From assembly GCA_904063045.1 (NCBI GenBank), contig CAJFCJ010000007.1:3789404-3853403 (forward strand): a DNA stretch of 64,000 bases, given 5' to 3'. The notes under the pieces are model-generated. The model saw only the letters and a list, made by a program, of their open reading frames with translations, was not told where the DNA came from and made no database searches. Position 1 is the stretch's first letter; each line of letters begins with the position of its first letter. The translations under genes were made by a program, and so were the position numbers. This document shows positions 12,838-25,153 of the stretch, piece by piece. Origin of the DNA: Dimorphilus gyrociliatus (Eukaryota > Animalia > Annelida).

Positions 12838-15557
12838 ATGTCGAATTTAGACAGAAAGACAGCTGAAGCAATAGAGCATGTTAATCAAGCCGAAAAATGG
12901 TCAGTAAAATCTTATAAATAACTTAAGCATCATAGGTGTAGGTTAACTTTGCTATTATTTAGACGGTAAGATAATATTTAATTCACAATTGTGAGCGATA
13001 TTTGGTGGTTCTATTTGCCATAATAAATTAATAAATATCCAAACCTATATTGAAATTGTTTAACACAGTTTGAAAACTGGATTACTAAAGTGGAAACCTG
13101 ATCACGAAGGCGCGTCATCAGAATACGAAAAAGCAGGTTTGTGAATAGTGTATTTTCAATCGTACGTTTAGGATCATGCAAGGAATTGAACGAATAATAT
13201 AAAAATATTAAAAGCGTAAACTAGAAACTGCAACAGGTTTAGATGGTTCATATTCGCGAATTTCATGATGTACGTTAAAGTGAACTGATCTCTTTTCCCC
13301 TTCTAGTTTAGTAGTAATGTTAGACTCCGTCTTTGATCGACTTGTTAAGAGACTTTCTGGTATACTAAACTTTCTTGGCCGCGGCTTTTCTAGGCGTCTT
13401 AAGTTTGTAGATAAATCTTGTTTAGCAGTTTCGGTTCTTGAATATATATCAGCTGGAAATTGTTTTACTGTAACATTAGATTCTTGAACAAAAGGCATTT
13501 TAAATATATTTGTCAATTCATTTGTCTGCCTTTGGCGAAAAGGTGCAGCTATACAGTAGCATGGTGTCATTGTTAATTCCATTCTTTGTAGACGGCCCTC
13601 TATAGCTTGTTGAATATTTCCGTCTGAATCCAACATTCTTAACTTAATAACAGAAGATTCTGGTCGTTCTTTTTGTTTTCGGCGTTGTTTAATTGCTGGT
13701 GGAAACTTTGAAGGTTCTTGTCTTGTGCTCCATCTACTGGTTGCCGGGGTTTGAGGATTTCGTTTAGCCAATACTGAGGGAGAGGGATACCATCGGCCAA
13801 ACCATGTATTCGAGCGGCCAGTTGTAAAAACTGTTCCCGGTTGAGGTCCATAAAAAATCTCTTGACGGCGAACCAAATCTTGGGAAACGGGACGGTGTTT
13901 ATTGGCCGCCCGAATTGATAAAACTTGAGGTAATAAAGACGTCATGGAAGGACCTGCAGGATTATTTTAAAGAAACATATTATATCATATTCTAGAAGGA
14001 GAATGCCTAATCTATCTATTGAAAGTGTTGACGAACGCTGGCTGCGACGCCAAGTGGTTGCTGTGTACAAAGAAGCTAAACGATTTCTGTATTGGCCAAA
14101 GGCGTTTACTTAGCTATTTTTCCTTTACCACACTATGTCTACTTGATATGTCGATTATTTCGCGTTTACACTGTACCCAGTTTTTTGTTATTTGATCCAT
14201 TAGCGAGAATAGCGTTTAGGTACAATTCTATGTTGAATTAATCAAACTATATTAATTAACTATTTTTATAACAGCAATAGCCTTTAGGAATGCTAAAGCT
14301 TTAGAACAAGCAGCATCGTGTTATATAAAATGCTCAGAAGAAAGAAAAAAAAACAAAGAGTTAGTACAAATTAATAATATTTCTTTTTTTTATAAAAAAA
14401 AATCCTATTTACCTTAATTCCTTAAATTTTTATTTTTCCTTTTTAAAAAAGTTATTACTTTGTAAACGTTTTTTCCTTCTTTTTAAATAATTTATTATTT
14501 ATCTATTTGTCAACTTTTTTCCGTTAAGTTCTAAAAGGTTTCTATGTTTTATTCTTTTGTAGTATGTTTCACGCCGCAAAAGCTTTAGAAGAGGCGGGAA
14601 GACTTTATAGAGATTTAAAAAATTTGGAGAAATCGGCCGATTTAGTCGAAGAAGCTTGCGGTTTATACGTTGAATATGGAAGTCCTGAGACAGGAAGAAT
14701 TGCACTTGAGAAAGTGGCAAAGTAATAAAAAAAAAAAATTCTTCTTAAAAGATAAATAAGTAAATCTTTTTTATAAACTTAATAAGTAAATCCTTTTCTA
14801 TCGTGTAGAATGTTAGAAATGAATAAACCTGAAAGAGCAATAAAGTTGTTCAAGAAAGCCTGCGACGTGGCCGAGGTTAGATACATAGGCCAAATGCTTT
14901 AATTTGGTAAATACAAGTGCCTAATTCATTAATTCACTCTTTTCAAATAGGCGCAAGATAACAATAGAGTAGCCGCTGAAATGTTGGGAAGTGCCGCTAG
15001 AAATGCAGTAAAGATAAAAAAGTAAAAGCTTAAAGTAGAACTATTGAATACTTGGATTATTTAACCTTGTGTTATTTATATAGATTCGACGAAGCGTCGT
15101 CAGCTCTAGCGCAACAAGCGACTTTTCTTGGAACTTTCGATCACCATGGGCTCTTACCCAAAGTTGCTTTCTATTCGGTTCTTGTACATATTGCTAGAGC
15201 AGACACCGTTGCTGCTGACAAAGCTCTTCAAGCATGTATGAGGGCAGATGAAGCTGTTGCCGAATCTTTAGAGGCCTGCTTGGCCCAAAAACTTCTTACA
15301 GCCTATGAAAACAGCGATTATGACTCGGCTTTGGAGGTGATTAACCACCACGAAGTTAGAAATATGGACAATGACGTAAGTCACCTCTAATTTTAAGATC
15401 AATATCATAGTAATTTGGTCTATTTCAGTACGTCATTCTATCGCGAGAAATCAAGTTTCCTGGATCATCAAAGAAAGGAGCAAGCGGAAGTAGCGGAGGA
15501 CAAGAGGCCTCTTCTATTCCGTGTGAAGAAGATGATGGCGATATCGATTTAAAATAA
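12838..15557 (+). CDS. NAPG: Gamma-soluble NSF attachment protein, multi-exon, with a 1138-nt intron 2 (13137-14274)
   Basis: MSNLDRKTAEAIEHVNQAEK|LKTGLLKWKPDHEGASSEYEKA|AIAFRNAKALEQA... and ...EVRNMDND|YVILSREIKFP...EEDDGDIDLK*. This matches the remembered gamma-SNAP sequence. Confidence 0.92.
13208..13945 (-). CDS. Uncharacterised 245-aa protein nested antisense in NAPG intron 2
   Basis: Uninterrupted 738-nt ORF with coding-like composition, inside an intron ~15-20x longer than its neighbours. An acceptor (ctgcag) lies 8 nt upstream of the ATG. C-terminal KRSVHF. Confidence 0.7.
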   Translation of the reverse strand: MTSLLPQVLSIRAANKHRPVSQDLVRRQEIFYGPQPGTVFTTGRSNTWFGRWYPSPSVLAKRNPQTPATSRWSTRQEPSKFPPAIKQRRKQKERPESSVIKLRMLDSDGNIQQAIEGRLQRMELTMTPCYCIAAPFRQRQTNELTNIFKMPFVQESNVTVKQFPADIYSRTETAKQDLSTNLRRLEKPRPRKFSIPESLLTSRSKTESNITTKLEGEKRSVHFNVHHEIREYEPSKPVAVSSLRF

Positions 15558-15697
15558 TAGCATTCCACATTCTTCCTTTACGCGCTAGTCATTATTATAA
15601 TATTGTCTAGAGAAAGAACTTTATCGTGTCACACGTCTTTATTTCTTTTTTATTTAATATACAATATTTCAACTTTATTTTCTAAATTCTGGTTTAA

Positions 15698-16981
15698 TCA
15701 GTTTTTATTTCTTTTCCTCGATCTTCTTAGTTTCACTTTCAGCTAATGGAACATCTTCGACTGCTCGAAATTTTGGAAACGATTCCCATGGGGAATTGTA
15801 CTCAAATTTTCTAAATTCTTGAGCCATTTCAACCGGCTCGGCCACAACTCTCTTAACTTCATCGTCATAACGTAGCTGAAATTGTTTATTATTTGTTTTA
15901 TAAATGTCCTATGAATCAATAAAAAGTCAATACCTCAACGTAGCCTTGAATTGGGAAATCTTTTCTGAAAGGATGACCCTCGAATCCATAATCTGTTAGG
16001 ATTCTTCTCATATCTGGATGATTGGCGAAATAGACACCATATAGATCCCATATCTGTTCGTAAGGTTTGTGAATATAGTCTAATATAATTTTTCGAATTA
16101 AATTACTCACTTCTCTTTCGTACCAATTGGCACCATTAAATACACTTACAGCACTATCCACTGGGGTTAATTCATCCGTATAAGTTTTAACCTTGATTCT
16201 TGCATTGAAACGTAGAGATAATAGCATATACACAAGTTCAAAACGGTACTGCCCTAAAAGTAAAAAAAAAAAAGTATTAGTCTAAGTATTCCGAATATTT
16301 CATAGTTTTAACTCACTGGTTGGTACATCAACTCCTGCTATATCGACAATATTTGTAAACTGGGCATTCATATGATCTTTTAAAAAGGACAGAACAGGAA
16401 CGACACCATCGGGATGTATCATAACATCTAATTCATTGCCATTTGAAACCTTTAAGATGTTTGTTTATATATAGTTATAATGAGAGTAAAAGTAATATTA
16501 TATTTCTTATTACTAACTTCAACTTTTTCCACGAATTTGGGCATGCAAGAGCCAACATATCGTCCAAACTCTTTAAGTGTTTCATGAGTTGTTATGTCTT
16601 GAGGTTTGACCGTTGCTATTTAAGTTAAAAGTTATAAAAGTAGGCAGATGGTGAATTCAATAGCAAGCTTACTTTTGCGATCTTTTGGTGCCTCTGAATA
16701 TTGTTGTCTCACGCAGGAAGTGGAAATAGTTCTATTTCCTAGATTTATAAAAGTAAAATAGTTAGTCTTCGAGTCAAGACACATTATAAACTTTTGATAT
16801 TATCGTTCAATATAAATAAGAGGAAAAAGGTGGATTCGTATTAATAATATTTAGCACTTGCATTTTTTAGTTTGACAGAGTCAGGTAATTAAATGGCATT
16901 AAATATTAAACAAGATAGACCTGCAATTCTTTGAAATAAATTCAGAGACGGTTGCCAAAATCGTCTCAAGGAGGCTGCCAT
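15698..16981 (-). CDS. NDUFS3: NADH dehydrogenase (ubiquinone) Fe-S protein 3, mitochondrial, multi-exon
   Basis: Targeting peptide [20 protein letters not shown]. Core [21 protein letters not shown]...ANWYERE|[38 protein letters not shown]|[31 protein letters not shown]. Confidence 0.95.
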
Positions 16982-18112
16982 ATTTCGTAAAAATCGAAAT
17001 GATTTCGCTCAGAATATTAATAGTGTGATGTCCATAAATATTGCATTCTATCTGATATATTTTTATCAGTGAAAAAGCCTAATATGAGATTGAAAAGAAT
17101 AGATAGTAAGGGTTTAGCTTAAGTAAAATAGCAATTAAAATCTTTGAATCCTTTTCTGAAGATTTTAAATAAGGTAACATCAGAGTGTAATCAGTTTCTT
17201 CTATCAACAGCCCCATGTAATGAATTTTTTTAAGGACCAAGTACAACTTAAAATATGACTATAACTAAAGAAATTATAACTAGATCACGAAACGCAGTAG
17301 CGATAGAAGCCGTTAAAATCAAAGAAATAGAATGAAGTTCAGTAGATTATGCAAATCTCTTTAGTAATGCTTAAAATATAATAAAAAGCTTTTCACAGCT
17401 TCTTTTCTAAAGCTTTCTATGCCTGTCAAAACAACTTTTCGCCGAAATGAATTTTTCTCTATTTGTTCTAAGATAAATACCGTATTGAGATTACCGAATG
17501 ACAGTTAATAACAGTAAATGGAGTTTACTATGAAAGTTTTTATTGTATATTAAGAATCTCCTTAAGATATTTTAATATCTGATTCTCTCTATTCATTTAT
17601 GCTTTTTATTATACTCATCTTTTCAGAAAATAAAATCTTGTCCTATTTTAACATTTAATTAACCTACTTTGATAAAACTTTACCTTTATAAATAGAAAGT
17701 ATTTATTGGAATAGTTCCAAAATACAAATTCACACACAGGAGAATGGCTACTTGATTCGTTAGAAAGCTTTATTGATACGTTAGGCAAACATAATAAACT
17801 TATTAAAAATAGTATGTCAATCAAATTTGACCAAAAATACAATGGTAAATATTATTCGATCTTTGAATGTTGTACGGAGTAAGTAATTACTTTGCAGGTT
17901 ACCTGAAGAGTAATGATATTTCTTTACTTTAGTCCACTTAATCAAATTCCTAAACTTTATACAACTACTTAAGAGCTAATATATATGACGAAGTTTGAAT
18001 ATTCTTTGTTATTTATTAGTTAAAATATATAAATTGTATTTCATTTGGAGACACAATGTACAGAAAATTAACGAATTGACAAAAAAGGCAATTAATAATC
18101 TAGAATTGTAAA

Positions 18113-18842
18113 TTATAACAAAATTCCACCGCTCGAATATTCAACTCTCTGTTAAAAGAAAGTTTTTGGATTATTATACATAAATTGTATGTTTCATTAT
18201 TATTCTTACCTCTTGAGGTTGGATAAAGGCAAGCCAATCCGATGGATGAGTTGGTAAAAGTCCCATACTGTTACATTTATAAACTGCTAAGCCTAAGCAA
18301 AGCAAATTCCCGACTATGTAAGTTGCTTTTTGCAACAATTCATTCTGGCCTTCGATCATTTTGAATGCTTTTATAAGGAGGAAAAAATTGATTGTCAATA
18401 TAATGTATACACTGTATTGAATGTACATATAAAGTAATTCGTTATTAACTGCTTACTTTGTTGTGCTCCTAGCATAGCTTGAATAGGTCTAATGAACATC
18501 ATGCCAACCATCATTATGGGAAAGATGGATATAGAATTACCAGCCATCCACATCAAAAAAACATTCATAGGTATTTGTTTGACTGGACCCAAAGCGATAT
18601 CCCATGATTTCTGAAGATGTGAACGTATTTATTGATTATCGTTGAATAACTTAAAATATTGAACAAACCTTTGCTATTAAATCAGGGTTATTTTCACGTG
18701 AACTAGAATCGGAGCCTGGCTGGCGTTCATTATAACCGAGAAGTTGCAAATCATTGGAAGATACAATAGCCTTATCTTTACGATTTAAATCAATAGCCCA
18801 TCTGTTTTTTCTTTGACCTGACTTAGTAGATGATGAACTCAT
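18113..18842 (-). CDS. EMC4: ER membrane protein complex subunit 4 (TMEM85), 4 coding exons
   Basis: RWAIDL...; [31 protein letters not shown]; [22 protein letters not shown]; last exon [11 protein letters not shown]. Confidence 0.95.
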
Positions 18843-19604
18843 TGTTATGTTATAATAAAGATGAAATAACGAAGCAAAATTATTAACGGTGAGGCAAATC
18901 GCTGCTGTAGCGTGATCCGAATAGAGTAAACGGTATAGCTAAAATATGTGTAGATTGAAAATAAAAGATAAAATACTTGCGCCATCTCTGTTTCCTCTTA
19001 CCAATGTTATTAAGTCATGCTTGTTTTAAAACTTTTAACATTTTTAAGGGTTACATCAACAAAAATATTGAAAAATATCTGAGTTAATTCAAGGTTTAAT
19101 AATTTTAATGTTGATATTCCTTTGATTTTTATATGTATCTAAATGTAAAAAAGCTTCTTTCCTTTCCAAAACAAGAGAATATATATTAATTGGGGTAGAA
19201 TTTCAAGAAAAAGCTCAATAGTATATATTTTTAATAAAAACAATAATTGTTACTTGTTAATTAATATGATTATTGACTTTGAAAGTTCAATGCTTTCAGC
19301 GTCATCCGCTAGATGGATCTTCTTGTTTAAAAAAAAAACTTTTAGCACGTAGACAATATATATATATATTTATATATATTTATAATGTATATATGTATAT
19401 ATATTTATATATTAATAAAAATTAGAAAGAATTGTCCGTATTGTGTATATATATTTAAATAACTTTCCTGATAAAAGTTATGAGCGATAATATGAGCGGT
19501 AATATAATTTGGTGCCAAAAATTATTCCTCCGCTCTCCAGTCTTGCTTGGATTCTTTTAATTATAAAAGAAATTAATTGGCTTTAAACTTTAGAATTTTG
19601 AATA

Positions 19605-20513
19605 ATGGACTTATTTGCTTTAGAAATTAGTAAGAAGATAGCAGAAGTTTGCAGAATGAAATTACCAAGAAGTGAATATTATCACGTAAATGGATTGCTC
19701 AATATACACGTTAATGGTAGAAATACTTCACTAGAAATAGATGACCATATTTTTTTTTCATCGAATTCAAATATCGAATGTGATTATGATGATCAATCAG
19801 AAAACCTTTCATTGGAAAAAGATAAAGAAAGCAATAATGAACGTGATCAAGCAAATAATGTTCCTTTTGAAGAACATTCTGAAAAAATTGAAAAAGTATG
19901 CTGACTACTATTTTCTTCTTTTTGGATAATAATATTTTTCTATTCTCATGGCTATTTATAAATATTACGATTTATTTAAGAAGTTAAAATATTGACTTTA
20001 AACTAAATTTCAGATATCCAATACCAAACGTAAAAGTTTAGGAATAGATGATAATGAGGATAAATCTGTAGATGAATTATTCAATTTTGCAACTTCAGCT
20101 CATCAAAAAACTCTGAATAAAAACAAGACGAAAGAAAAATCCAGAATAAATCTGAAAAAGAGAAAACAATCAGATGCAATAACTATGGATGGGCCTATTG
20201 TAAAGAATCTAAAACTCTCTGAGAAGGCCTCAAATGGATTACGTGTTAAAAATAAGGTTTTTGTATATTCACATTCTTTACTAATTAAAGTGTTTTTATA
20301 AGCTTAAAAGCTTCCATCCTGAAAATATTTTCATAACTTTTCAAAATAGAAATTTGATATATTTGCGATAATAAATACTTAAAGTTTTTTTAATACATAT
20401 TTCAGCTGAGAATAAAGAAGGGCTTCGTCTTTTATGGTTTTGCTAAAGGAAAATTTAAAAGAGGAAAGTTTGCAAAACGAAGAAAGAGCTATTTGCATTC
20501 AAGTACTAAATAA
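19605..20513 (+). CDS. Orphan protein A: N-terminal ~50-aa module plus acidic/basic low-complexity tail, 3 predicted exons
   Basis: Exons 19605-19895, 20014-~20256 and 20406-20513 join through phase-0 GT-AG introns and stay open (…EKIEK|ISNTKRKS…VKNK|LRIKKG…HSSTK*). Confidence 0.65.
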
Positions 20514-20810
20514 TTACTATATTCAATTAATAAACTAGAAATATTTTGTAATACATTGAAAAAAGCCTGAAAAAAGATAGATATAATAAATTTTTCTTAT
20601 ATACTTCCTCAATTGTAATAAACGATCTATCTTATGAGTATGTAAACAAAAACCAGGCATTCAATTGAGTAATGAATATTGTCTCAAAAGGGTAGTATAA
20701 AACTATTAAAAATGAAAGTGAGAAGTATAAGTTAGCAAAATTTATCTTAATTAAATAACATAAACCCTCTTTGAATATAAAAGAGAAATATATTGAATAT
20801 TTTCAAGAAG

Positions 20811-21723
20811 ATGAATATTTTTTTTAAAGATTTATCGAAGGAAATTCAATCTCTATGTTTAAGACGATTTGAAAATGAAAGCTATGTCTTCGTTTGCGGT
20901 GAATTAAAAGTGTTCCTATCAGATGGAAGTTATAATTCATTTCATATAAACGAACATATTTTTAACGTAAAGCCTATAGACTCTGAGTGTAATGTGAAGG
21001 ATATTAATATTGACATAAGATATTCATCTGAAGATGAGCAAGTTAACAAAATTTGCGATAAAGTAGAAAAAGTGAAGTTAGACAGTAAAATGAATATATC
21101 CGTTGAAAGTGATAAAATAACAGAAAAGACTGAAAAGGAAAATCCGATAACTGAAGCAAATACAGATTTTAATGACGGTAACAAAGATGCAGCCATTGTT
21201 CATAAAACCATAAAAAAATCATTCGCAAAAAAAAGGGTAAAAAATTTCTTTAAATCATGTAAAAAATATAACGGTCTTTTTTTGCTCACTTAGAGTAACA
21301 ACGATATCATTGATGAAGAAATTGAGGTTAAGAGGTGCAAAAAAAATGCAAATCCTATTTTACACGATCATGCGAAGAACGAGGACGCTACACACTCGAA
21401 TAATATGAATCAGAATAATAAAAATGGAACGATAGAGGACATTAACACGATCTATAAAACAGAGGAGAGCCCATACCAAGAGGTTATTTTTGTAATAGTA
21501 ATAATCCAATAATACTGACAATAATCATTATTGAATAGTCAAAACATAGAATAGCAGATTGATTAACTAGTTTAAATAATTAGTTCCTTTTTAATTCTTA
21601 AGGATAGTTATTGTAGTAGAGTTTTTTGAAATAGTGAACAAGTTTTTATTCCAACAGCAAAAATTAGAAATCGATAAGTCATCTGGAAAAAACCTGGTTA
21701 AACAAAGAGCCTCCAGGAAATAA
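20811..21723 (+). CDS. Orphan protein B, paralogue of A, 3 predicted exons
   Basis: ATG at 20811. Phase-0 introns join …FAKKR|SNNDIIDEE…SPYQE|QKLEIDK…ASRK*. The N-terminus aligns with orphan A. The last exon is less certain. Confidence 0.62.
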
Positions 21724-24700
21724 AAAAAAAGCACTAAAATTGGAGAAACTCACACCCTGGTACCTTTTATTATGTAAATTAATAAACTTAGTAACATTAT
21801 GTAAATAAATGACTTATTTTAGTTTGTTTTGCGCACTGCCAGCGTAATTCGACAAGGGTTAGCCTTAGGTATCCGGGGTAAGGAAAAATGTCTATGGCGG
21901 CAATTTTAATCCCTTTATCTTATTAACTCATACTACGGTTATTTACATACGTATAGTATATTCATAAGATTATAGGTTTTTATCATATGTATAGTAAAAT
22001 TTAATCGTTCTTTTATTAGATAGAGAAATTAAACGTATAAACAAAAACAATTAACAGTAAGAAGATGTGAAATACAGCATATATAAGAATACCAGTAGAT
22101 GGATCTACTATCGATATTAAAAAATATATTTAGCTAATATATCTCCCAATACTAATAATAATTCTAATAATAAGAAAACTCGTTCATTATAGAAAACCTC
22201 CCAATTACGTTGTCAAGGCAGACAATGGAATGAAAATGTCGACTATTCTAGTTTTATTACAAAGTCATTGAATATATTTTTTATTCTTTAATATTATAAA
22301 TAAATCAAAAAAAAAATTTTTTTTGAATTCTAACTTCATGAGAATCATAAATTGTTTTAATTAAATAAATAAAAGTTATACAACGGTAAATATATGCTGA
22401 GCCGAAATTAAAAACGACCTGATAATCGGGTAGGCGCCTAATGTTTGAAATAGATAGAATATCAACAAATATTTTATAGTAATGAATGTCTATTCAATTT
22501 CTCTCCCACTCTCCCTTCTCATCATCCTCATCCTTTTACACAAATATATATATATATATATATATACTGCATATATTACTTCTCTCTCTGTCTCTTTCAT
22601 TCATTCTCCTTCCCGTATTCTTTTTGATATATATATATATATAATCCCTCTTTATTCTATACATTTCATATTTATTTATTTATATAAATGTTTAATCTTT
22701 AGCTGAAAAAGAGAGATCAATTAATCAGTTAAAAAAATTGATAGCTCTTTCTAACAAAATATTGTTTCGAAAGTCGGCTCTTTAATATTTATTGCATTGT
22801 ATCGTGCGATCAGTTTTGACCTTGTTTAATTGATTGATTTACCAGACAATATTGATTTTTTAATTAGGAATCACCTTTGAAGATCATCAACTTAGTGTTC
22901 AAGGTCATTTGATTTTTTTTTTCTCTATTACCCAACAAATTCATTAAATAAGTCTTTATTAAATGGAAGATATCAATATTTAAAATGAAGTATAGCTAAT
23001 ATATAGTTCAAAACCATATATTCCATTTTATGAAAAAGTATGAAAAGTTTCCCTCTTTTTATCTCGTTTTCCAATTCACGAGCGATTTCAATAGATTATT
23101 AATTATAGATTTAAGAGGCAATCTTATTCAACCACGTTCATGCAATCTGTGTGGGCGTTTCTTTTTCTTTATATATAGTATTATTATATTTAACTGTCTT
23201 CTTTTTCTTAAAATGAATTTATTTTTTTTTAAAGTTCAAGGCTAACCAATAAATCTATGTCTCTCTTTCTCTCTCTCCTTTTTTTATGTGACTTTTGTTT
23301 CTTTATTTCTTTTATTTATTAGCTTTAAAAAAACTCTAAAAAGATCAATATAGTCCAGTGACAAACTGTGTAATTTTATTAATGACTGTTTTCCAGGTAA
23401 TAGATCGGACGTTGAAGCGTTCCACTTCAGCAGAAAAACTAAAATTGATATATATTGTATGTACAACATAAAAGTGCATATATACAGATCACAGTATTGA
23501 TATATATTGGTAGTTAACAAGAGCTTAACGCTAAAGATCATCTGCTCCCAAAGATTACGTAATTAACCGAAAATATAATGAACTTTCTTTTTGTTTTTAT
23601 TCAAAAGTTTTAAGAGACGATTGCTCTTGTTAAGAGACGAATCAATAAGATTTAAAAGAATTTCATGAATAGTTCGATTCATTCAAAAAAATATTTTATT
23701 TTATTCCTACTTAAGCCTAGTGAAAAAGAAAGAAGAGAAACGTATCTTCCGAAATCTTTCCGTTTTTTTTTCACTTTTCTTATTAAGTTTGGCCGATTAA
23801 ATTAAAGATAATTCTTACTCTATTGAAAAAATAAACTAAATGGTGCTTGAACGAATAGTAGCTGAATAATATAAAAATGTTTCAAAGTGATAGAGAGAGG
23901 GGGGAGGGGGGGGGAGTGAGAAAGCTAATAGATTTAGATAGAAATGATCTAAATGAGATACAAAGATTTTTATTACCCAATTCTCAAAAACTGCTCAATT
24001 ACTTTCACATATTTTTTATTTTACGAATTCTATCTTTATTATAGCTTTTTTATTAATTATAATGAGAGAATAGATTACTGTTTAAGCCTATAATACAGTG
24101 GTATTAAAATTCATCCGTTTTTAATCCATTATAGACTATTAATTGGACAATTGGAAAATAGTGGCAGATCTCTTAATGAGGTCTTAATTAATATCTTTTT
24201 CTTGTTTAATAGTACAAATTATAAGAATATGTTAGTTTTCTGCATTAAACTCACTACCTATTCATTTTACTCTTTTTCTCTATCTGTAATATTACTTTTT
24301 CTTATTTTATTCACCTTTACTGTCATTCATACTCATCCTTCTTTCTGTTAAATACTCTTTTTCTTAGGCCACGTGACTTTCTTACTTCCATGAAATTTTG
24401 ATGACCTTTGAGCATTAGGGCTACGATGATTTTTTCATTCAAGGAAAAACATAAACAATATTGATCTAGACGGTGTTCAGTTGCAACAGTGACTCAGCAA
24501 TAAGCCTCCCACAAAACTAGGCCTAATATTCTCAGCTGGGGGCGGCCAGATTAAAGGCTTAAATCTGCCGTTCTATTGACAGATCACGCTAGTTCGCAAC
24601 CATCTACGGAAGAAACTCGTTCTAGTAAAAAGAGAATAAGAATAGAAAAGAAAAGAGGAAAACTAAGAGAAAGACAAACAGAATTTAAGAATCGTAAGGT

Positions 24701-25112
24701 ATATCTATTTCATTAAAATTATTAATTTTTAGTTTAACTTAATAAATATTTACTGTCTGTGTTAATAAGAAAGAAAAAGAATTATATAATAATATCTATT
24801 TATATATACAAATACACTTTCTATCCGTCTTTACCCCTATATAGGCTGAATGTCTTATTTTATAGATTACAATTTAGCTTTAACAAACGTTTCGGTGATT
24901 TTTCATAATGGGAAGATTGAAATTGAATAATAAGCCTATACAGTTCAACTTTTGAGAAAGATGAATTGTATTTATATTTATAGGTTTTTATATATACTTT
25001 ATGTATAGTATTTTCTATAAAATCTCTTGCTAGAATAAGATCTAGCAGCTAATTTGAAAAAGGTGCTAGTAGTATAAATTGGGTGGGGTTAAGTCCCCAC
25101 TCCCATTTCCTC

Positions 25113-25116
<4 letters not shown>

Positions 25117-25151
<35 letters not shown>
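25117..25151. repeat. (TC)17 microsatellite
   Basis: Direct reading of the sequence. Confidence 0.95.

Positions 25152-25153
<2 letters not shown>

Noticed and set aside
14003-14113. 36-aa plus-strand sORF MPNLSIESVDERWLRRQVVAVYKEAKRFLYWPKAFT in NAPG intron 2, faintly LYR-like
   Set aside because: Too short for an LYR protein, lacks the LYR tripeptide and the downstream Phe motif, and overlaps the probable 5' region of the nested antisense gene.
21829-21903. GC-richer patch with nested complementary words (TGCC/GGCA, GACA/TGTC, CCTTA/TAAGG)
   Set aside because: Stems are short and interrupted, and no known ncRNA signature was recognised.
23665-23685. GTTCGATTC T-loop-like word in a small hairpin
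   Set aside because: No acceptor, D or anticodon arms; not a tRNA.
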